NCBI RefSeq assembly: GCF_002483315.1
Contig: NZ_DLHR01000001.1
Location: 1,756-65,755 of the forward strand
DNA from: Flavobacterium sp. UBA7663
GTDB lineage: Bacteria > Bacteroidota > Bacteroidia > Flavobacteriales > Flavobacteriaceae
Direction of reading: 5' to 3'
Length of the DNA: 64,000 nucleotides
Part shown: one piece after another, positions 39,859 to 46,481 of the stretch
Position numbering within the stretch: the stretch's first letter is position 1
How the letters are laid out: each line of letters starts with the position of its first letter
Program-made: the position numbers and the translations under genes
The notes under the pieces: generated by a model
Database searches by the model: none
Told to the model about the DNA's origin: nothing
Seen by the model: the letters and a program-made list of their open reading frames with translations, nothing else

Positions 39859-40026
39859 TTATGCTATTTTGAAATACTTTTTAAAATGACAAAATAGGAC
39901 TTTTGGAGCACCCGTACTTTCTTTAATATCTTGTAAGTACTTTTTAGCGGTTCTGTCGTCTGAAACGTCTAACAAAGTCTTAATGTCTTTGTATGTTAAA
40001 ATTCTAAATTCTGAAATTGTTGCCAT
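39859..40026 (-). CDS. 55-aa putative HTH DNA-binding protein
   Basis: MATISEFRILTYKDIKTLLDVSDDRTAKKYLQDIKESTGAPKVLFCHFKKYFKIA (hand-translated; below the track cutoff). The LTYKDIKTLLDVSDDRTAKKYL stretch looks like a helix-turn-helix. Confidence 0.35.
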   Translation of the reverse strand: MATISEFRILTYKDIKTLLDVSDDRTAKKYLQDIKESTGAPKVLFCHFKKYFKIA

Positions 40027-40078
40027 AACATGGAAGTTTTTAGGTTAGAATAGAGGGGGTGCAACCCCTCTATTTGTT

Positions 40079-40258
40079 TTAAAAAATTAGTAATTGTCCG
40101 TTGTTTTCTATTCGTGGTTCTTTTACTGGAAATTCTTTGTTTTTGAATATTAGTTCTTGGCCATTAGAAAGGACATAAACATAATCAGTAATTTTTTGGG
40201 ATTTTGCTGAATGACTAACAATTAAACCCCTGTCTTTTTTTGCTTTTTTTGTACTCAT
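40079..40258 (-). CDS. 59-aa basic protein
   Basis: MSTKKAKKDRGLIVSHSAKSQKITDYVYVLSNGQELIFKNKEFPVKEPRIENNGQLLIF (hand-translated; below the track cutoff). Confidence 0.3.
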   Translation of the reverse strand: MSTKKAKKDRGLIVSHSAKSQKITDYVYVLSNGQELIFKNKEFPVKEPRIENNGQLLIF

Positions 40259-40303
40259 TTTTTTGTGCTTTGGTTAAAGTTTTTTTTAACTGGGGTGGGG
40301 GTA

Positions 40304-40504
40304 TCAGTAACCCCCACCGAGACCTTTAGAAATTTCGATAGAATTTTTTAGATTTTTTATTTGTAGTTCTAATAAATTTACTTTTAATGTGTAAGACCAA
40401 GGTTTAAAATTTGTAGGATTATTCCTAAACTCTAAACGTAGTAATTTTAATTCAGCTTTAAGAAATTTTAAACGTGCTTTTGGAATTTTAAGATATTTTA
40501 CCAT
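40304..40504 (-). CDS. 66-aa basic coiled-coil-like protein
   Basis: The start overlaps the Rep stop by 7 nt. Confidence 0.4.
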   Translation of the reverse strand: MVKYLKIPKARLKFLKAELKLLRLEFRNNPTNFKPWSYTLKVNLLELQIKNLKNSIEISKGLGGGY

Positions 40505-41625
40505 AAATTTTGCATTTTAATAAATTGGTTAGTAATTGAATTTTGTTCTAATTGTTTGGTTAAATATTCAGTATCAAAAGTGATATCTATTAAATTTAAA
40601 ATCTTCTTTTTAGAGAGTGCTTTTTGAACTTTGCAATCAAATAAAGTAAGTGGTTCCTGAAGCGTTAATTTATCTGCACCAAGTTCTACGAGTTTATGCA
40701 TATAATAACTAATAATTTTATCTGTAGGACTTAAATCGGTAGATACAGAAAATTGCTTTTTTTCGTAATAATATTTTAACTGAACGTTGCAAATAGTAGT
40801 TAATTCAGTTTGTGAAATTGAAAGGATATCATTTAAAGTTGATAATTGATTTTCAGGATTTACAAGTTTCTTTTTGCGCAAATTTTGTTTTACTGCATTG
40901 TTTTTTATTGTGATTTCTTTTCTAATAATATTGTCAATAGATAGACCGTAACGTAATTGAGGGAATAAATACTTATTATAAAAATCAGCGGAATTAGTGA
41001 GCAATTCTTCTGTTTTGTTGTAAAATTTACAAAAGGGAGAGCCAATTTTCGCAGAATCTCTATTACTGAATTCGATACCATAATTTTTGTCGTTTTTGAA
41101 TGTTTCTTTACGTGGATAGAGTGTAACTTCATGTTGTTTTGAAGCTTTAACCATTTTTTTTAAGTATTGTAAACTTTGTTTATATGGTTCAAAATCAAGG
41201 TTGTAATTTATACAAATATCAATATCATTACATATAGAATTTAATGCAGTATCAAGGTCAAAACGTATGATTTGACGAGTATTGATATAATCGACAATCA
41301 TTTGTAAATTGTCAATGTTGATGCCTTCAAAGTATCTACCGAATAACATTTTTGAGGTCAATGTTAAACGTATTAGTTCTGTAGTTTCTTTTTTGATTAT
41401 ATTTGGCGGAAATACGACACGATTAAAACGAAAATTAATGCCATTATCTTTGATTAAAATTGGCTTTGGTGGGTTTAAATCTTCGATAATTTGGCCAGTT
41501 TCAGGATAATAAACTTGATATTCTGAAATTAAACGCTCATCAATAACCTGAATTTTATCTAATGGTAGATAAATAGTTAAAGAATCTATTAACCCGACAT
41601 TTAAGGGTATTGGGTTAAACTTCAT
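40498..41625 (-). CDS. rolling-circle replication initiator (Rep_trans / phage gene-II-CRI-like)
   Basis: 375 aa. SPFCKFYNKTEEL (Tyr202) resembles the R-I-Y-N/D-K active-site tyrosine context of pT181-type and filamentous-phage initiators. The start lies 33 nt from the right dif site. Confidence 0.55.
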   Translation of the reverse strand: MKFNPIPLNVGLIDSLTIYLPLDKIQVIDERLISEYQVYYPETGQIIEDLNPPKPILIKDNGINFRFNRVVFPPNIIKKETTELIRLTLTSKMLFGRYFEGINIDNLQMIVDYINTRQIIRFDLDTALNSICNDIDICINYNLDFEPYKQSLQYLKKMVKASKQHEVTLYPRKETFKNDKNYGIEFSNRDSAKIGSPFCKFYNKTEELLTNSADFYNKYLFPQLRYGLSIDNIIRKEITIKNNAVKQNLRKKKLVNPENQLSTLNDILSISQTELTTICNVQLKYYYEKKQFSVSTDLSPTDKIISYYMHKLVELGADKLTLQEPLTLFDCKVQKALSKKKILNLIDITFDTEYLTKQLEQNSITNQFIKMQNLW

Positions 41626-41658
41626 AACTAATTGGTTTTAAATTAGTTGATAAAGTGT

Positions 41659-41686
41659 TTGAACTATAATATACATTATGTAAAAT
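41659..41686. other. dif: dif (Xer recombination) site, right junction
   Basis: TTGAACTATAA-TATACA-TTATGTAAAAT. The right arm is 10/11 identical to the E. coli XerD arm TTATGTTAAAT, and the inner arms ATAA/TTAT are palindromic. Confidence 0.65.
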
Positions 41687-41757
41687 AGAAAATTTAAACA
41701 ATTACTTCTATAAGCCAAACAAACTTTGTATCTTCGTTTAATAAATTAACAGAGTTT

Positions 41758-43677
41758 ATGAAAAACCCTATTGCCGAACGCATCACCGATTTTTTAAAGC
41801 ATTATCCGCCCTTTTCAAGTTTATCCTATCTAAACTTGTTAGAGATTGCTAAAACTTGTCAAGTAATTTACTTAGAAAAAAATCAAACTCTATTTAAAAT
41901 TAATGATGCAACCCATTCTTTTTTTTATGTAGTGGCTTCTGGTGCTGTTGGTTTATCTGTAACTTCAGATGCAGATGATGTTTTAATTGATAAATGTGAT
42001 GAAGGCGATATTTTAGGTTTACGTCCATTTTTTGCTAAGAATAATTATTTAATGACAGCAAAAGCTCGTGAAGAAAGTATTATTTATGCTATTCCTATAG
42101 AAACATTTAAACCTTATGTAATTGCAAATCCAGAGGTTTTAAGCTTCTTATTAGAAAGTTTTGCATCCAATACTAGAAATCCTTATGATAAAAACAACAA
42201 AGGAAAATTAGTTTCTGAAAACGTTATTTACAATGATCAGAGCTCAGAAATTCAGTATTATCAGCCTATAAAATATACTTCAAATCCGATAACGGCTTCT
42301 CCTAATGATATTGTGAAATTTGTAGCACAAACTATGTCGAGTAGCAAAATTGGTAGTATGATTATTCATGAAAATAGAAAACCAATCGGAATTGTTACTG
42401 ATAAAGATTTGCGATCTAAAATAGCAACCGGACTTTATTCTATAGATGTAACGATTGATAAAATCATGTCTTCTCCAGTAATTACTGTAGCTGACAACTT
42501 ATCCATTGCTGAAGCTCAAATTATCATGCTAAAGAATAATGTATCGCATTTATGTGTTACAAAAGATGGTTCTACCGATTCTGAAATTACTGGAATTATT
42601 ACCGAACACGATATTGTGGTGGCTCAGGCAAACAATCCAGGTGTGCTTTTAAAACAATCAAAACGTGCTCAAAAATCAGCTGATTTAAAAGAAGTTAGAG
42701 AGAAATTAGCTGATTTGATTCAGCATTCGTTAGATAAGAATGTACCTATTAATCATATTGGTTCTATTGTTGGCGAAATTAATTTAGCAATTACCAAACG
42801 CGCTATCGAATTAGCTATTGAGAAAATAGGAACTCCTCCTCCAGCCCAGTTTGCTTGGATGAACATTGGAAGTCAAGGCAGAAAAGAACAACTTTTACTA
42901 ACAGATCAAGACAATGCTATTGTTTTTGAAGATGTTCCAGAAGATAAATACGATACTGTTAAACAATATTTTATCGAATTAGCTGAAAAAGTAACCAAAA
43001 CGCTTAATAAAGTTGGTTACGAATATTGTCCTGCCGAAATGATGGCTAGCAATCCGCTTTGGTGTAAATCGGTTAGCGATTGGCAAAACCAATTTAAAGG
43101 TTGGATTACAGCTCCTGGAGAAAAAGGGATTCTGATGTGTACCATTTTCTTCGATTACGATTTTGTGTACGGAAATGAAACTTTAGTAGATGCTATTACC
43201 AAAACAATTCACGAAGAAACTCATGAAAATCAGTTGTTTTTTGCCTATTTAGGTGCTGATGCATTGAAAAATCCGCCACCATTAGGGTTTTTCCGTCAGT
43301 TTTTAGTAGAAAGCGATGGTGAACACAAAGATACTTTTGATTTAAAAGGAAGAGCTTTAATGCCTTTGATTGACGCTGCTCGAATTTTATCCTTGAGCAA
43401 AGGAATTAAAAATACAGCCAATACCATTTCGAGATATGCAAAATTAGCTGAATTAGAACCACAAAACGCTCCTATTTATGAAGCTTGTGGCGACGCTTTT
43501 GCTGAATTATTAAAGTTTAGAACTGAAGAAGGTTTGAAAAACGAATCAGACGGTAGGTATTTGAATTTAAGTGAGTTATCAAAGTTAGATAAAGTAAAAC
43601 TTAAAAACGATTTCCAACCAATTAACGATATTCAAGAAGTTATTAAAAACCGATTCCAATTAACTTATTTTACGTAA
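41758..43677 (+). CDS. cNMP-binding / tandem CBS / DUF294 putative nucleotidyltransferase signalling protein
   Basis: 639 aa. N-terminal cyclic-nucleotide-binding-like domain, CBS pair (IGIVTDKDL, GIITEHDI), then the DUF294 and DUF294_C regions (GSQGRKEQLLLTDQDNAIVF). Confidence 0.8.
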   Translation: MKNPIAERITDFLKHYPPFSSLSYLNLLEIAKTCQVIYLEKNQTLFKINDATHSFFYVVASGAVGLSVTSDADDVLIDKCDEGDILGLRPFFAKNNYLMTAKAREESIIYAIPIETFKPYVIANPEVLSFLLESFASNTRNPYDKNNKGKLVSENVIYNDQSSEIQYYQPIKYTSNPITASPNDIVKFVAQTMSSSKIGSMIIHENRKPIGIVTDKDLRSKIATGLYSIDVTIDKIMSSPVITVADNLSIAEAQIIMLKNNVSHLCVTKDGSTDSEITGIITEHDIVVAQANNPGVLLKQSKRAQKSADLKEVREKLADLIQHSLDKNVPINHIGSIVGEINLAITKRAIELAIEKIGTPPPAQFAWMNIGSQGRKEQLLLTDQDNAIVFEDVPEDKYDTVKQYFIELAEKVTKTLNKVGYEYCPAEMMASNPLWCKSVSDWQNQFKGWITAPGEKGILMCTIFFDYDFVYGNETLVDAITKTIHEETHENQLFFAYLGADALKNPPPLGFFRQFLVESDGEHKDTFDLKGRALMPLIDAARILSLSKGIKNTANTISRYAKLAELEPQNAPIYEACGDAFAELLKFRTEEGLKNESDGRYLNLSELSKLDKVKLKNDFQPINDIQEVIKNRFQLTYFT

Positions 43678-43678
43678 T

Positions 43679-44287
43679 ATGAAGTTCAATTGGTTTAAAA
43701 AAATAGTAAAAGATTATCCTAAATTTTGGGAAACTTACCTAAATTACTTTAATGAAAATCAAAGTAAAGAAAAGCGTTATGTAGTTTTTGATTGCGAAAC
43801 CACAGGATTGGATTATAAATCGGATAGAATTTTATCTATCGGTGCAGTTGCTATCCAAAACAACCAAATTATTGTAGGCGATTTTATGGAAGTCTTTTTG
43901 CAACAAGACGTTTTCAAACCAGAATCGGTGCCAATTCATGGTATTTTAAGAGAAGGAAAAGAAGAAAAAATCGTAGAAGCCGAAGCTGTAATACGTTTTT
44001 TAGATTTTATTAAAGATGCAACATTAGTTGGACATCATGTAGATTTTGATATTGAAATGATTAATCAAGCATTGAATCGTTTGGATGTTGGAAAATTACA
44101 AAATCAAGCTATGGATACTGATATTATGTATCAGAAATTAAAATACTTACCACAAGAACAACACAGCTCGTTAGATGAATTATGTGATATTTATAAAATA
44201 AAAAAATCAGATCGACACACCGCTAGTGGCGATGCGTTTATAACAGGTTTACTATTTTTAAAGTTGAAGAGAAAATTAGAGATTTAA
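43679..44287 (+). CDS. DEDDh 3'-5' exonuclease (DNA pol III epsilon-like)
   Basis: Exo I VVFDCETTGL, Exo II GHHVDFD and Exo III HTASGDA motifs. Confidence 0.85.
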   Translation: MKFNWFKKIVKDYPKFWETYLNYFNENQSKEKRYVVFDCETTGLDYKSDRILSIGAVAIQNNQIIVGDFMEVFLQQDVFKPESVPIHGILREGKEEKIVEAEAVIRFLDFIKDATLVGHHVDFDIEMINQALNRLDVGKLQNQAMDTDIMYQKLKYLPQEQHSSLDELCDIYKIKKSDRHTASGDAFITGLLFLKLKRKLEI

Positions 44288-44298
44288 TCAAATTAAAC

Positions 44299-44329
44299 AA
44301 AAAACTGCTCCATTGCTGAAGCAGTTTTT
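44299..44329. terminator. bidirectional terminator
   Basis: AAAAACTGCT pairs with AGCAGTTTTT around the loop CCATTGCTGA, between convergent genes. Confidence 0.65.
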
Positions 44330-44348
44330 AACCAATAAAACTAAAAAA

Positions 44349-46256
44349 CTAAAGTTTGCCATTTTTAATTTCTTCCACTATTTCAGGATTTAATAAAGTT
44401 GAGATGTCTCCAAAGTTAGAGAAGTCTCCTTCAGCAATCTTTCTTAATATTCTGCGCATGATTTTACCCGAACGCGTTTTTGGTAAACCACTCACAAACT
44501 GAATTTTATCTAATTTTGCAATAGGGCCAATTTGGTCAGAAATCTGTTGATTAATCTCTTTTGCAAGATTATTTTTATCACGACTTTCTCCTGTTTCTTT
44601 CAGAATTACAAATCCATATAATGCATTTCCTTTGATATCATGTGGGAAGCCTACAATTGCACTTTCTGCTACTGCTGGATGTTCATTGATGGCATCTTCA
44701 ATTGGAGCCGTTCCTAAATTATGTCCAGAAACAATTATTACATCATCTACTCTACCCGTAATTCTATAATACCCTACTTCATCGCGTAAAGCTCCATCTC
44801 CTGTGAAATATTTTCCAGGAAAAGCGGTGAAATAAGTTTCTTTATAACGTTGGTGATCACCCCAAATGGTTCTCGCCATGGATGGCCATGGGAATTTAAT
44901 ACACAAAGCTCCCGTAACTTGATTTCCTTCAATTTCATTTCGCAATTCATCCATTAAAACTGGCTGAATTCCTGGCAATGGTAATGAAGCATACGTAGGT
45001 TTTGTAGGTGTTACAAACGGAATTGGTGAAATCATAATTCCTCCTGTTTCAGTTTGCCACCATGTGTCTACTAATGGACAGCGCTTTCCTCCTACGTGGT
45101 CGTTATACCAGTGCCAAGCTTCTTCATTAATTGGCTCACCTACAGAACCAATTACTTTTAGAGAACTTAGTGGGAATTTTTGAACATAATCCAAACTCTC
45201 TTTTGCTAAAGCACGAATGGCTGTTGGAGCTGTATAAAATTGTGTAACTTTATGTTTTTCAATTACTTCCCAAAAACGACTAAAATCTGGGTAAGATGGA
45301 ACACCTTCAAAAATTACGGTTGTAGCACCGTTTAAAAGTGGCCCGTATAAAATATAAGAGTGACCTGTAATCCAACCAATATCTGCTGTACACCAATACA
45401 CATCATTTTCTTCATAATTGAAAACGTTTTTAAAGGTGTAAGCTGTGTAAACCATGTAACCAGCGGTTGAATGAACCATTCCTTTTGGTTTTCCAGTTGA
45501 ACCCGAAGTGTATAAAATAAATAATGGATCTTCTGCATCCATTATTTCAGCGACATTGTTTCCAATAGCAGCATCCATTAAAGGTTGTAACCACAAATCT
45601 CTGCCTTCTTTCATGGTAACTTCCGTATTGGTTCTATTAACTACTAAAACAGTCTCAACACAAGGACATTTTTCTAAAGCTTCATCAACAATTCCTTTCA
45701 AATCAATTGATTTATTACCTCTATAACTTCCGTCAGAAGTAATTACCATTTTGCATTCACTATCATTAATACGACTAGCAACCGCTGAAGATGAAAAACC
45801 AGCGAAAACAACTGAATGTATAGCTCCAATTCGAGCACAAGCTAAAACGGCTACCGCTAATTCTGGAATCATTGGCAAATAAATACAAACTCTATCGCCT
45901 TTTTTAATGCCTTGTTCACGCAAAACATTTGCCATTTTAGACACACGAACGTATAATTCGTTATATGTAATATGTTGCGCTTCTTCGCCCGGATTGTTTG
46001 GTTCGAAAATAATAGCGGTTTTATCACCTCTTTTTGCTAAATGTCTGTCGATGCAGTTTTTAGTGATGTTTACTTTTGCGTTTAAAAACCATTTAAAGTT
46101 GGCTTCTTGCATATCTACTTCAAAAACTTTGTCCCATTTTTGGTACCAAGTAAAGTTTTCATCGGCAATACGATCCCAAAATTTTCTTGGTTCGCGTACC
46201 GATTTCTTATACATTTTAAAGTAGTTTTCTAAATCGTGTATTTTATAATAACTCAT
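44349..46256 (-). CDS. acs: acetyl-CoA synthetase
   Basis: 635 aa. YTSGSTGKPKG AMP motif, WWQTETGG, and PKTRSGKIMRR containing the acetylatable Lys. Confidence 0.95.
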   Translation of the reverse strand: MSYYKIHDLENYFKMYKKSVREPRKFWDRIADENFTWYQKWDKVFEVDMQEANFKWFLNAKVNITKNCIDRHLAKRGDKTAIIFEPNNPGEEAQHITYNELYVRVSKMANVLREQGIKKGDRVCIYLPMIPELAVAVLACARIGAIHSVVFAGFSSSAVASRINDSECKMVITSDGSYRGNKSIDLKGIVDEALEKCPCVETVLVVNRTNTEVTMKEGRDLWLQPLMDAAIGNNVAEIMDAEDPLFILYTSGSTGKPKGMVHSTAGYMVYTAYTFKNVFNYEENDVYWCTADIGWITGHSYILYGPLLNGATTVIFEGVPSYPDFSRFWEVIEKHKVTQFYTAPTAIRALAKESLDYVQKFPLSSLKVIGSVGEPINEEAWHWYNDHVGGKRCPLVDTWWQTETGGIMISPIPFVTPTKPTYASLPLPGIQPVLMDELRNEIEGNQVTGALCIKFPWPSMARTIWGDHQRYKETYFTAFPGKYFTGDGALRDEVGYYRITGRVDDVIIVSGHNLGTAPIEDAINEHPAVAESAIVGFPHDIKGNALYGFVILKETGESRDKNNLAKEINQQISDQIGPIAKLDKIQFVSGLPKTRSGKIMRRILRKIAEGDFSNFGDISTLLNPEIVEEIKNGKL

Positions 46257-46358
46257 TTTTTAGTTTATTTTTAATTGATAGTGTAAATATAACCAATCTA
46301 TTTTTTGAATTTCATATTATTTTGCTAAATTACTATATATAGTGTATTCCAAAAAATT

Positions 46359-46400
46359 AAACACATAGGCACATAGATTTAAGATAAACAAATGTGTAGG
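46359..46400. repeat. degenerate member of the CACATAG/CACAGAT repeat family
   Basis: AAACACATAGGCACATAGATTTAAGATAAACAAATGTGTAGG. The left arm matches 28646-28663 and the tail matches 27061-27080. The right arm is decayed. Confidence 0.5.
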
Positions 46401-46481
46401 CGTTACACTAAATTTAGTTAACATAGGAAATCTGTAAGTATCAGCGTTTCGATTTATCGAATCTGTATTATCCGCGTGCTT

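Larger units (their letters stand above)
35461..41686 (-). mobile_element. integrase-less rolling-circle (ssDNA-phage-like) element bounded by direct dif-like sites; candidate IMEX/prophage
   Basis: Direct 28-bp repeats (25/28 identical) at both ends. 14 compact minus-strand ORFs including an RCR Rep, a lytic transglycosylase, tiny membrane proteins and a capsid-sized beta-rich protein. No recombinase, transposase, terminase or tail genes. Confidence 0.7.

Noticed and set aside
35461-41686. Classification of the element as a Microviridae (gokusho/alpavirus-like) provirus or an inovirus
   Set aside because: There is no capsid ORF longer than 500 aa of VP1 type, no pilot or scaffold set, and no Zot-like assembly ATPase or long coat/adsorption genes. 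Only the Xer-type integration logic is shared.
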